DNA of 64,000 nucleotides, taken from Candidatus Dormiibacterota bacterium (GTDB lineage Bacteria; Chloroflexota; Dormibacteria; Aeolococcales; Aeolococcaceae). The translations under genes were made by a program, and so were the position numbers. Below are positions 39,654 to 48,551 of the stretch, piece by piece. The notes beneath the pieces were generated by a model, which was given only the letters and a program-made list of their open reading frames with translations, ran no database searches and was not told the DNA's origin. The stretch lies in NCBI GenBank assembly GCA_963718525.1, contig OY970355.1:2752001-2816000 (forward strand). The letters run 5' to 3'. Each line of letters starts with the position of its first letter. Position 1 is the first letter of the stretch.

Positions 39654-41042
39654 CTATTGCCGCAACCCGGCGACCGAGCGAACCCAGGTCTGGGCACCGA
39701 TCTGCATCGCGTCCCAAGGGCTGCCGAGCGGCGGTGTGTACGAGAGGTCGAGGTCGTTGAGCGACTCGACCGACATCTCGTTGTAGATCGCGGTTGCGGC
39801 GATGTCGATGCGCTTCGCCACCTCGGCGTGCTGGTGGCCGAAGAGCTGCACGCCAAGCAGCCTGCCGGTCCGCCGGTCGCCGGTCCACCGCATGGCGATC
39901 CGATGCGAGCCGGGGTAGTACGCCTTGTGGTCGTCGGCTTCGGACGCGACCGTCACCGGGTCGAAGCCGGCGCTCGCGGCCTCGTGATCGCGCAATCCCG
40001 TCCGCGCAGCGGCCATGTCGAAGATCTTCACGACCTGGGTTCCGAGGCTGCCGGCGAACTCTCGGCTGCCCCCGAGTGCGTTCTCACCGGCGAGGCGTCC
40101 TTGCTTGTGGGCGGTCGTACCAAGCGGAACATATGTCGCTCCGAGCAAACGATGGTGAGTCACCACGCAGTCGCCTGCCGCGAAGATATCCGGCAGGTTG
40201 GTGCGCATGGTCCGGTCGACATCGATCGCCCCTCGGATTCCCAGCCGGGCACCGGCACGTTCGGCCAGGGCAACGTCGGGTCGCACCCCCGCGAACACCA
40301 GAACGATGTCGGCGTCTCGCTGCAACGGCACGCCCTCGCGCGACATGCCGTCGACGCGCAGTCGTGTTCCGTGCTCATTGCGCGTGATGCGACGCACGAC
40401 GGTGTCCGTCACGATCTCCACCCCGTGTGCCCGTAGCTCGGCCGCCACGGTGGCTCCCAGGTCGGCGTCGACCGTCGGCAGCACCTGGGGAAGCTGTTCG
40501 ACCTGGGTCACGTCGAGGCCGCGAACGGTCAGGGCGTCAGCCATCTCGAGGCCGAGGTAGCCGGCGCCGATGATCACGGCAGTCCTTGGGGCAGCCGCAG
40601 TCAGAGTGCTCATGACCCCGAAGGTGTCCCCCATCGAATGCACGACGTGGACGCCGTCATCGGGGCCGAGATGATCGAGCCCGTCGATCGGCGGCCGTAC
40701 CGGAAGGGCGCCGGTGCCGATCACCAGGGCGTCGTACTTGATGACACTCGAAGTTCCGGCCGCGTCTCGGACCTGCACCTCGTGTGCGCCCGGATCGATG
40801 CGTTCCGCCGTCGTCCGCAGATGGAGACGCATGCCGGTCGCCTCCAGGTCCGCGATGCTGCGGTGCGCCAGGCTCCGCCAGTCGGGCACCTCGCCCGACA
40901 CGTGGTACGGAATACCGCAAATGGAAAAGTTCGGGTAGTCGTCAGCGACGATGACATCCACATCGGCTTCTGCGGCAAGCTCGCGGGCGCGCAGCGCCGC
41001 GCTGATGCCTGCATCGCTGCCGCCGATGGCGACGAGACGCAT
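39654..41042 (-). CDS. FAD-dependent pyridine nucleotide-disulfide oxidoreductase (CoA-disulfide reductase/NADH oxidase family)
   Basis: GGSDAG, single-Cys FSICGIPY, GAGYLG, DLDLSYTPP. Confidence 0.88.
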   Translation of the reverse strand: MRLVAIGGSDAGISAALRARELAAEADVDVIVADDYPNFSICGIPYHVSGEVPDWRSLAHRSIADLEATGMRLHLRTTAERIDPGAHEVQVRDAAGTSSVIKYDALVIGTGALPVRPPIDGLDHLGPDDGVHVVHSMGDTFGVMSTLTAAAPRTAVIIGAGYLGLEMADALTVRGLDVTQVEQLPQVLPTVDADLGATVAAELRAHGVEIVTDTVVRRITRNEHGTRLRVDGMSREGVPLQRDADIVLVFAGVRPDVALAERAGARLGIRGAIDVDRTMRTNLPDIFAAGDCVVTHHRLLGATYVPLGTTAHKQGRLAGENALGGSREFAGSLGTQVVKIFDMAAARTGLRDHEAASAGFDPVTVASEADDHKAYYPGSHRIAMRWTGDRRTGRLLGVQLFGHQHAEVAKRIDIAATAIYNEMSVESLNDLDLSYTPPLGSPWDAMQIGAQTWVRSVAGLRQ

Positions 41043-41048
41043 TGCGGC

Positions 41049-41543
41049 TCAGGCGCTCAATGCGTCGAAGGCGTCGGCACTCCCTTCGGGAACGGTTGCT
41101 GACGAAGCGCAGCAGTCGCTGGTTGGCTCAGCGGATGCCGTGGTTGCACAACACCCTTCCGTGCCTGTCGCGTCGCTTACGGGAGCATCAGCAAGCACCG
41201 TGTACACCTCCCACCGGGTATCTGCTCCGGTCACCCAGACCTTGTCCTGTAGAGCATGACAGCACGTGATGCCGTCCTCGACATCGGTCCGAAGCCCTTC
41301 CGCCGCCAGGCGCCGTGTTGCGCTCACAACCTCATCAGCCGTGCCCACCTCCACGCCGAGATGATTCAAGGTCCCAGCCTGCGCCGGGTTCTCGAAGAGC
41401 ACCAGCTTCAAGGGCGGGTCCGCGACCGCGAAGTTGGCGTATCCAGGGCGCCGCTTTGCCGGCTCGGTCCCAAAGAGCTTCGAGTAGAAGCTGACAGCCT
41501 CATCGAGATGGCTCACATTCAGCGCGAGCTGCACCCGGCCCAT
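41049..41543 (-). CDS. arsI: ArsI/CadI-family VOC metalloenzyme (C-As lyase-like)
   Basis: QLALNV, AKRRPGYANF, LNHLGVEV, TCCHALQDKVWV, WEVY. Confidence 0.85.
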   Translation of the reverse strand: MGRVQLALNVSHLDEAVSFYSKLFGTEPAKRRPGYANFAVADPPLKLVLFENPAQAGTLNHLGVEVGTADEVVSATRRLAAEGLRTDVEDGITCCHALQDKVWVTGADTRWEVYTVLADAPVSDATGTEGCCATTASAEPTSDCCASSATVPEGSADAFDALSA

Positions 41544-41544
41544 C

Positions 41545-41604
41545 TCAGCAGTCGCAGTCGCAGTCGCAGTCGCCGGTGCCGTCGCAGCCGCAATCACAAA
41601 TCAT
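41545..41604 (-). CDS. 19-aa Cys/Asp-rich peptide MICDCGCDGTGDCDCDCDC
   Basis: AGGAGG SD 10 nt upstream; the stop lies one base before the arsI ATG (TGA-G-ATG); 7 Cys and 6 Asp. Confidence 0.7.
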   Translation of the reverse strand: MICDCGCDGTGDCDCDCDC

Positions 41605-41620
41605 GGTGACCAGACCTCCT

Positions 41621-41679
41621 ATCGATGACCGTCGATTGAACGAATCGCATCCTAGCGTGTTCCATCGAAGACTGTCAAT
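41621..41679. promoter_or_regulatory. Two ArsR-box-like dyads in the divergent ars promoter
   Basis: ATCGA-TGACCG-TCGAT (41621-41636) and ATCGA-AGACTG-TCAAT (41664-41679); TAGAAT -10 at 41683-41688. Confidence 0.6.
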
Positions 41680-41694
41680 GGGTAGAATGGGAGG

Positions 41695-42204
41695 ATGGAG
41701 ATGCGGGCCAACGCCATCGCAACCGACGTCGAAGTTCGGCCCTTTCGCGACGATGACTGGCCGGCGGTATCTGCCATCTACGCACAGGGGATCGCCACCG
41801 GGAACGCCACCTTCGAGACCGAGGTCCCCGGATTTGAACGATGGTCGGCAGCGCATGCACCCGAGCACCGTTTTGTGGCGGTTCGCGACGGCGAGATCGT
41901 CGGCTGGGTGGCCGCCGGTCCTGTCTCCGACCGTTGCGCATACGCGGGCGTGCTCGAGCACAGCGTCTATGTGGGTGCGCGAGTTCGTGGGCAGGGTGTT
42001 GGCCGCCGATTGCTTGAGGCCCTGCTCGCGAGTGCCGATGCAACCGGCATCTGGACGGTGCAGAGCGGGATCTTCCCGGAGAATGTCGCGAGTGTTGAGC
42101 TGCATCGGCGCTGCGGATTTCGCGTGGTCGGCACTCGCGAACGCATCGGACAGCTCGATGGTGTATGGCGGGATGTGCTGCTCATCGAGCGTCGCAAGCC
42201 GTGA
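41695..42204 (+). CDS. GNAT N-acetyltransferase (phosphinothricin acetyltransferase/ArsN-like)
   Basis: IATGNATFET, EHSVYV, RGQGVG, FPENVAS, WRDV. Confidence 0.85.
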   Translation: MEMRANAIATDVEVRPFRDDDWPAVSAIYAQGIATGNATFETEVPGFERWSAAHAPEHRFVAVRDGEIVGWVAAGPVSDRCAYAGVLEHSVYVGARVRGQGVGRRLLEALLASADATGIWTVQSGIFPENVASVELHRRCGFRVVGTRERIGQLDGVWRDVLLIERRKP

Positions 42205-42554
42205 GCGCTGCCACCAAGTCCGCACTGGCGCCGCTGCGTGTGAAGGGATGCTGCCAGCCGGTTGCGCCGCCGCTTCCTGACGCTCGAGCCGACGAGCTCG
42301 CCGCACTCTGCAAGGCACTCGGCGACCCCACCCGGATTCAGATCCTGAACATTCTCGCGAAAGCCAGCGAGCCGGTCTGCGTCTGTGACTTCACCGCCGC
42401 CTTCGAGCTCGGCCAGCCGACCATCAGCCATCACCTGGCCACCCTCCGAGAAGCGGGCATCGTGACGAGCTTCAAGCGCGGGATCTGGGCGTTCTACCGT
42501 CTCAACCCCGCTATGTCAGCCGCAGCGCGGGCGGCGGTTTCGCTGGTCGGGTAG
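42201..42554 (+). CDS. arsR: ArsR/SmtB metalloregulator
   Basis: KALGDPTR, CVC box, QPTISHHL and an N-terminal CC; the GTG overlaps the GNAT stop. Confidence 0.9.
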   Translation: MSAATKSALAPLRVKGCCQPVAPPLPDARADELAALCKALGDPTRIQILNILAKASEPVCVCDFTAAFELGQPTISHHLATLREAGIVTSFKRGIWAFYRLNPAMSAAARAAVSLVG

Positions 42555-42631
42555 GCGACGCGTTCGCTCGCGCGCGCTTGATCGGCGCGGCGGCAGGCGG
42601 TCCGGCGGGGTTCCGCTGGTAGGGTGAGAAC

Positions 42632-43372
42632 GTGCCCTCCGCCCAATCCGACGCGCTCGCAATCGACGGTCTCATCAATCTCCGAGATCTTGGTGGCTTG
42701 CCGACCTCGTCAGGTGCCAGGACGCTCCGCGGCCGCCTGTTACGGAGTGAATCGCCGCACACCCTAAGTGACGCGGGTTTGCGCGAGCTGCTCGATCTCG
42801 GTATCGGCGCCGTCGTCGATCTGCGTACCACATCGGAACGCGAGAAGCGCCCGAGCCCGCTCGCCGAAGCTGGGGTGCTGACCTCGCACACTCCGATCTT
42901 CACCGACGACGATGACTACCCCGATCACCTCGCCACCGCAGCCGAGGTCTACTGCTGGTGGTTCCGCGAGCGTCGCGACGGCGTCGCAGCCGCGATGGCT
43001 GCGCTCGCCGACGCGCCATCCGCTCCCATCCTTGTGCACTGTCACGCCGGCAAGGACCGCACCGGCGTGATCGTCGCACTCGTGCTGCAACTCGCCGGGG
43101 TCAGCATCGACCTGATCGCAGACGACTACGCCATGAGCGGTGTCCAGCTGGCCGACATGCTCGCTCGTGATCGCGTGAGCGCCGTGGAACGCGGGATGGA
43201 CCCGGTACGCGTCGAGCGGCTTTTCACCGTGCGTCGTGAGGCGATGGTGCAGACCATGGAGTGCGTCGATGCGGAGCACGGCGGCGCCGTATCGTTACTC
43301 CGCGGGATCGGCCTCGACGGCGCCCGCGTGGAGCGCCTGAAGAATCTCCTGCTCAGCCCCACGTGGCCATAG
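42632..43372 (+). CDS. Protein tyrosine/serine phosphatase (IphP/MptpB-like)
   Basis: NLRDLGG, DLRT, HCHAGKDRTG P-loop, DY. Confidence 0.9.
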   Translation: MPSAQSDALAIDGLINLRDLGGLPTSSGARTLRGRLLRSESPHTLSDAGLRELLDLGIGAVVDLRTTSEREKRPSPLAEAGVLTSHTPIFTDDDDYPDHLATAAEVYCWWFRERRDGVAAAMAALADAPSAPILVHCHAGKDRTGVIVALVLQLAGVSIDLIADDYAMSGVQLADMLARDRVSAVERGMDPVRVERLFTVRREAMVQTMECVDAEHGGAVSLLRGIGLDGARVERLKNLLLSPTWP

Positions 43373-43415
43373 CGCGACAGTACGATTCGCTCACGGTGAG
43401 TCCGAGGACTGCGCG

Positions 43416-43760
43416 ATGAGATACATGCTGCTGTTCGCTGGAGACCAGGCGGCGTTCAATGCCATGTCGCCCGCAGATGCACAGGACATGTACGCGAAGA
43501 TCGGTGACTGGTGGGCGCACCACTCTTCGACTGGGGCCCTCGTGAGTGGCGAGCAACTCGAGCCACCGAACACCGCGAAGACGGTGCGTCACGAGCGAGA
43601 CGATCGCCTCGTCATCGACGGTCCCTTCATGGAGACGAAGGAGCACATCGGCGGGTTCGCCATTGTCGAGGTCTCCTCAATCGACGAGGCGTTGGATCTC
43701 GCGCGAACGTGGCCAGCGGGCGGTGCTGTGGAAGTCCGCAGGCTGATCGAGGCGCACTAG
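43416..43760 (+). CDS. YciI/DGPF family protein
   Basis: MRYMLL, DGPFMETKEHIGG, VEVR. Confidence 0.9.
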   Translation: MRYMLLFAGDQAAFNAMSPADAQDMYAKIGDWWAHHSSTGALVSGEQLEPPNTAKTVRHERDDRLVIDGPFMETKEHIGGFAIVEVSSIDEALDLARTWPAGGAVEVRRLIEAH

Positions 43761-43785
43761 CTCAGCTGCCAGACGGCACCTTCGG

Positions 43786-44232
43786 TCACTGCGATGCGGT
43801 TGCGAGGAACCCGGGACAGATGCGCCCCACGAAGGCGGGCATCTGCCAGGAGCTGCCCAGTTCGAGGGCGGCGTGGTATCCCGACGCGACGGTCACCACG
43901 CTGTCGCCGATCCTGTCTCCGGTGCACCCTTCAGCAGAGATCGAATAGCGCCCCGGTGACAGAGCGATGCTCACCGCCACTGGTCGGCCGGTCCAGTCTT
44001 TGTGAGCGGCGAGGCTGCCGTCGCCCTCATTGGTCACGAAGACACGGCAGCCGTCGACATCCGGCGGGCACGCGGGAACCGTGACTATCAGACCTGTGAA
44101 CCCGGGAGTTCCCGCTCGCGGCCACAAGGCGACGATCGCCATGACAGCGACGCCGAGCAGGAGCCCGGCGGTGATCACGCCATTCCGGCGGGTGCGGGTC
44201 GCGCCCGTTGGCCTGATACCGGTCGCATTCAC
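43786..44232 (-). CDS. Hypothetical membrane-anchored/secreted protein
   Basis: N-terminal hydrophobic helix, 4 Cys and an LSPGRYSI beta-sandwich-like motif. Confidence 0.5.
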   Translation of the reverse strand: MNATGIRPTGATRTRRNGVITAGLLLGVAVMAIVALWPRAGTPGFTGLIVTVPACPPDVDGCRVFVTNEGDGSLAAHKDWTGRPVAVSIALSPGRYSISAEGCTGDRIGDSVVTVASGYHAALELGSSWQMPAFVGRICPGFLATASQ

Positions 44233-44461
44233 TCCGCAATCATGGTCCCGTCGCCGATTCCCAGGGTGCTCGTCACCGAATAGGGCAACCGCAGCAGGTC
44301 AGCAACGCCTCTCGAACGCGAGCATCGGGTGTCCTCCTAGTTAAGACCCAGGACTGGCGCATCCCTCACACCGTTGAGCAGCGTATTCTGAAGGTGCCTT
44401 GGGATGTTGCATCCAGCGCGGACTGAGCGCACTTCGGACGAGCTGAGGCGAAGGTTGTCCC

Positions 44462-45316
44462 ATGGCAAATGCTGGGAGACTGAGGACCGTTGCGGCGATC
44501 ACAGCCGTCTTCATCGCAGCCTGCGCCTCGGTGACACCACCTGCGGGCTCTTCGTCGAACAGGTCGCCAACGCGCGCAGCATCTGTGCACTCTCGCGCGA
44601 CGCGCGAATCAGCCGCGTCCGAACCATTCGCCAAAACGATCTCCCGCACCTTCGATGACGGGTTCACTCGCACCGCGTCCCCGTCAACCCTCCCTTTGCC
44701 GCTCGCCGCGCTCGCACGCGCCACCTCCAAAGACTTAACCAAGACGATCTACCTCACCTTCGACGATGGCCCCAATCTGACCTGGACTCCAGAAATTCTC
44801 TCCCTCCTGCAGGAATACGGTGCGCATGCGAGTTTCTTCGTCGTCGGCGAGAATGCCAAAAGGTGGCCCGGGTTGGTGGAGCAAGAAGCTCGGGACGGCG
44901 ATACCGTCGGCGACCACACTTGGTCACACCCGGCTCTCACCACCCTGTCAGCGAGTGCAGTCTACGTCGAGCTCGGCCGGGACCGGAACCTGGTCACGAC
45001 GCTGACCGGAGAGACGCCGACCTTGTGGCGACCTCCCTATGAAGCTTTCAACTCAACAGTGGTCGGTATTGCATCCGTGTTGGGGATGAAGATGCAGCTG
45101 TGGAGCGTGGATACCGGTGATTGGCAGCTTCCCGGGACCGAGGTCATCGTGTTGCGCGTAATGGCCGCGCTCCACAACGGGATGGTCGTGTTGTTGCACG
45201 ACGGGGGCGGCGACACCAGGAGTGAGACGGTGGCCGCAGTGGCCATCTTGATACCCGAGTTGGAGGCGGCAGGGTACCGGCTCGCAGCGCTGCCGCCGGC
45301 GGCGATTGGCCATTAG
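44462..45316 (+). CDS. Polysaccharide deacetylase (NodB/CE4), probable lipoprotein
   Basis: TFDDGP, HTWSH, RPPY, DW, LLHD. Confidence 0.9.
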   Translation: MANAGRLRTVAAITAVFIAACASVTPPAGSSSNRSPTRAASVHSRATRESAASEPFAKTISRTFDDGFTRTASPSTLPLPLAALARATSKDLTKTIYLTFDDGPNLTWTPEILSLLQEYGAHASFFVVGENAKRWPGLVEQEARDGDTVGDHTWSHPALTTLSASAVYVELGRDRNLVTTLTGETPTLWRPPYEAFNSTVVGIASVLGMKMQLWSVDTGDWQLPGTEVIVLRVMAALHNGMVVLLHDGGGDTRSETVAAVAILIPELEAAGYRLAALPPAAIGH

Positions 45317-45493
45317 GGCGACATCTGGCGATTGCAACGTCCCCTGGGGAGCGCTCGTCCGAGCAAGAGCGCCCACCAGCCGGTCTGCCCAGAGGACTTA
45401 CGACGAAGAGACCCTGGCAAGTGAGCGCCGGTTGATGGAGCCTACCGAGGAGAGACGCTGATAGGCGGATTGTGGGGGTATGCGCAGGGCGGC

Positions 45494-45664
45494 ATGATCA
45501 TTTGTCCGCGCTGCGCATCGAAGCGAGTGGTCCTGCTCACGTTTCCTGAGGAGGAATCGATCCCTCGCCAGGTTGTGCCGCGTCCAATCGCACGATGCGC
45601 TGACTGCGGGCACCGGCTCACGCCCACGGAGATCACCAGTCAGGAGAAGCCGTCCCTCAACTAG
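45494..45664 (+). CDS. Small zinc-ribbon protein (56 aa)
   Basis: CPRC...CADCGH. Confidence 0.5.
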   Translation: MIICPRCASKRVVLLTFPEEESIPRQVVPRPIARCADCGHRLTPTEITSQEKPSLN

Positions 45665-45763
45665 CTTTGAGCCCGGCGCCAGGAGGACCGCGACGCGTTG
45701 CTCGTGGCCGAGGCGGCTTGATTACTCACCCGGTAGCATCGAGACCAATCAGAGGTGAAGGGC

Positions 45764-46300
45764 GTGCGCAAAATCGTCGTGTACGAGTTGGTGTCCCTCG
45801 ACGGGGTTGCCGAGGACCCAGATAGTTTCATCGCCGAATGGGACGAGGCGATGGACGCCAACCTTGCGGCTGTGATCGAGAAACAGGACACGGTCATTCT
45901 CGGCCGCCGTAGCTATGCCGAGTGGGCGCAGTTCTGGCCGAGCAGCCAGATCCAGCCATTCGCAACATTCATCAACGGGGTCACGAAGTATGTCGCGACG
46001 TCCAGGCCCCTTGACAGAGATTGGGCCAATGCGACGGTTCTCGACGGCGGGTTGGTCGAATTCGTTCGGGATCTCAAGCAGCAGCGCGGAGGCGATGTCG
46101 GGGTCCACGCAAGTATCTCGGTCGCGAAGGCGCTGCTCGCGGCCGACGTTGTCGACGAACTCAGGCTCGTGATAGCGCCGCGGATCGCCGGCCGCGGACG
46201 ACAACTCCTCGACGGGTTGCCGTCGATTCAGCTCGAGTTGATCCGAAGCGAGATCTCACCGACTGGCTATCTGCTCGTCGACTATCGCGTTACTCGTTAG
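45764..46300 (+). CDS. Dihydrofolate reductase/RibD C-terminal family protein
   Basis: VSLDG, LGRRSY, KYVATS, VDELRL. Confidence 0.85.
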   Translation: MRKIVVYELVSLDGVAEDPDSFIAEWDEAMDANLAAVIEKQDTVILGRRSYAEWAQFWPSSQIQPFATFINGVTKYVATSRPLDRDWANATVLDGGLVEFVRDLKQQRGGDVGVHASISVAKALLAADVVDELRLVIAPRIAGRGRQLLDGLPSIQLELIRSEISPTGYLLVDYRVTR

Positions 46301-46328
46301 GGGTTTCGGGCCGATGCGGGCGGTTCAG

Positions 46329-47234
46329 TCAGGTCGCACGCCGTCGCATTCGCACCAAGCCGATCGCGTTCGCGTCCGCGACGGCGTCCCGGGCTTTGAC
46401 CTGGACGTCGCTGTCCCATGACGTAAGGTTATCCCGCGCACGGCGGAAGGAGGCTGCCACTTGGGCAGCGGTGGGCTCGTCGCCCAACGGCATGACGTGA
46501 AGCGCGTCCACCACCGGCAGATCTGCGAGTCGCAGTGCCATCTCAAGCGCCAAATCGCGCCCTCCCCCGGCGCACACCTGCGCATAGGCTGCGTCAGGCA
46601 GGTCGCACCCTGGCAGGGAGCGGGCTCGATCAGCCATGGCGCGACTCCGCAGCACTCCCACGGTCACATAAACGCGCAGTCGATGCAGCAGCCCCGCGTC
46701 GCCAGCGCGGTCCAAGAATCCGGTGAGAGTGGGGATGCTGAAACACATCTGGGTATGAGCGAAGGTTGCACCGCAGTCAAGCTTTCGCCCCAGCAGCCGC
46801 AGCTCTCTGCCGGGGTCGCTGGCAAACGGGTTCAGTACGCAGCCCCGTGCGATGGGCAGCGGGGCCAGCCATTCCCCGGCAGCAGCGAGCAGCTGCGTCC
46901 CGGTCATGTCGCCGACTCGCGCAATCCCGGGAACGTCGTCGCCGTGGAGGCAGACGATTCCGTCGCAGCCGAGGGCGGCAGCGCCAACCACCTCGCTCTG
47001 GAGCGCTAGCCGGTTGCGATCCCGCGCCGAGATATGGACCACGGTCCTGACGCCCTGCTCTCTCGCCAGGGCCACCGCCGCAAGTGGCGACATCCGGGGC
47101 TGGCCAGCGTGATTGTCGGTGAGCACGACCAGTTCGACGTCTTGCGCCAGCTCTGCGATCCGCTCTGTGACACGTGCAGTGTCGGGGCGCACGGGCAAGG
47201 AGATCTCGGCTGAGGTCAGCGCCCGGTCTGGCAT
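46329..47234 (-). CDS. metF: Methylenetetrahydrofolate reductase (MetF-like)
   Basis: TDN...RMS, HISARDRNR, GD, KLDCGATFAHTQ. Confidence 0.75.
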   Translation of the reverse strand: MPDRALTSAEISLPVRPDTARVTERIAELAQDVELVVLTDNHAGQPRMSPLAAVALAREQGVRTVVHISARDRNRLALQSEVVGAAALGCDGIVCLHGDDVPGIARVGDMTGTQLLAAAGEWLAPLPIARGCVLNPFASDPGRELRLLGRKLDCGATFAHTQMCFSIPTLTGFLDRAGDAGLLHRLRVYVTVGVLRSRAMADRARSLPGCDLPDAAYAQVCAGGGRDLALEMALRLADLPVVDALHVMPLGDEPTAAQVAASFRRARDNLTSWDSDVQVKARDAVADANAIGLVRMRRRAT

Positions 47235-47278
47235 CGACGGATCTTCGCGCAGGCAGCGGCTGCGGTGCAGTAAGGGTG

Positions 47279-47353
47279 TGGTCGGGGCGACTGGACTCGA
47301 ACCAGCGACCCCCTGCTCCCAAAGCAGGTGCGCTACCACTGCGCCACGCCCCG
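47279..47353 (-). tRNA. tRNA-Pro (TGG)
   Basis: Reverse complement CGGGGCGTGGCGCAGTGGTAGCGCACCTGCTTTGGGAGCAGGGGGTCGCTGGTTCGAGTCCAGTCGCCCCGACCA. Confidence 0.98.
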
Positions 47354-47469
47354 ACGCGCCGGATCTTCAAGACGCCGCCCACCCCTGCCCCGCGCTCACC
47401 GGTGACGCACCCATCTCGCCGCACCAGGCATGGGCCGGATCTGGCGCAAAAGGTAGCACGACATCTCAC

Positions 47470-47976
47470 TCACGACGCGTCACGCCGGCCAAGGACTCTG
47501 TCGACGGTTTCCTCAATCTGTTTGAGGTGCGGTCGCTCATGGCGAGCGAGATGCTCGGCGTAGGACAGCAGAGTCCGCTCGTTGGTCATCCCGTAGGCGA
47601 CGACCAGGGCCTTGCGCGACCAACCTTCCGGCGACAGGTGTTCAAGGATTGCCAGCAGCTCCGAGCGCTGTGCGACATAGGAACGCATCGAGTCGTGGAA
47701 TCCGAGTTCGAGGTAGTCGGTGCTCTTGATCCACGTGCGGGGATTGACACCACGGCGCTCCGGCATGTCCTCCGCAAGAATCGCTGCGATGTGGTTGCCC
47801 CATACGTCTGCACACGCACGAAGATGCGCAAGCACTTCATTTGCGGACCACGCATCATCGGCGGGACTGGTGCGCAGCTGAGCCGGTGTGATGTCGGCCG
47901 TCAGCGCAGTGATACGACGCGGTGCGTCGGCAAGTCCGGTCACGATCTGCTTCGTCGTGAGTGATTTGCTCGCCAC
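47470..47976 (-). CDS. DinB family protein
   Basis: WSANEVLAHL and HERPHLKQI motifs. Confidence 0.85.
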   Translation of the reverse strand: MASKSLTTKQIVTGLADAPRRITALTADITPAQLRTSPADDAWSANEVLAHLRACADVWGNHIAAILAEDMPERRGVNPRTWIKSTDYLELGFHDSMRSYVAQRSELLAILEHLSPEGWSRKALVVAYGMTNERTLLSYAEHLARHERPHLKQIEETVDRVLGRRDAS

Positions 47977-48086
47977 TTGATGTCCATTAAGCCATGGCAC
48001 CCACACAATTTCGTCTTGGGCTGCGTGTCAGCGCCGCCCGGGCTGCCATACGGTGCATCGCTGATAGGCTCGGGGCATGGCGGGAC

Positions 48087-48440
48087 ATGACTGAGCGCGC
48101 GATTCCTCCGACTGCGCGCGAGCGAGCGGCGTTCGATGCGGCCACCATGGGGAAGCCCAAGGACTTCATTCGAGTGTGCCGCGAGCTTCGCAGAGACCCG
48201 GCGCAAATGCTGGACGCGTTCGAAGCGGCCCCGTGGCGCTGGCTCTTCCACTTCCCTCCGGGGGACCCGGTCACTGACGAGATGCGTCATCGGCCCTTCC
48301 TGCCTCCGATCCAGTCGCGGCTCGACGCCGTGCGCGAATACGTCGAGGCGCCGTGGTGGCGCCGGGTTTTCAGCGCTTCAGACGCACGCGACCCGACCAC
48401 CCGGCAGGCGTACGCGAGGACTCGCTTGCCTGGTCGATGA
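48087..48440 (+). CDS. Hypothetical protein
   Basis: Only plausible ORF in the gap; no family recognised. Confidence 0.4.
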   Translation: MTERAIPPTARERAAFDAATMGKPKDFIRVCRELRRDPAQMLDAFEAAPWRWLFHFPPGDPVTDEMRHRPFLPPIQSRLDAVREYVEAPWWRRVFSASDARDPTTRQAYARTRLPGR

Positions 48441-48551
48441 GCGTCGAGTTCGCCTCAGCGCTCATCGTGGCCGATGCCGCCATGGCTCGACACTGACGTC
48501 CAGCCTCGGCCGTCACGCCTGCGCCCTCGCGCGCAGCAAACTCTCGTAGGC

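Noticed and set aside
38055-40436. 793-aa ORF
   Set aside because: Artefact: an off-frame shadow of the permease, the USP, and frameshift read-through antisense to the flavoprotein.
41548-41571. (GCAGTC)4 as a microsatellite or an Ala-Thr extension of ArsI
   Set aside because: Better explained as Asp-Cys codons of the SD-led micro-ORF.
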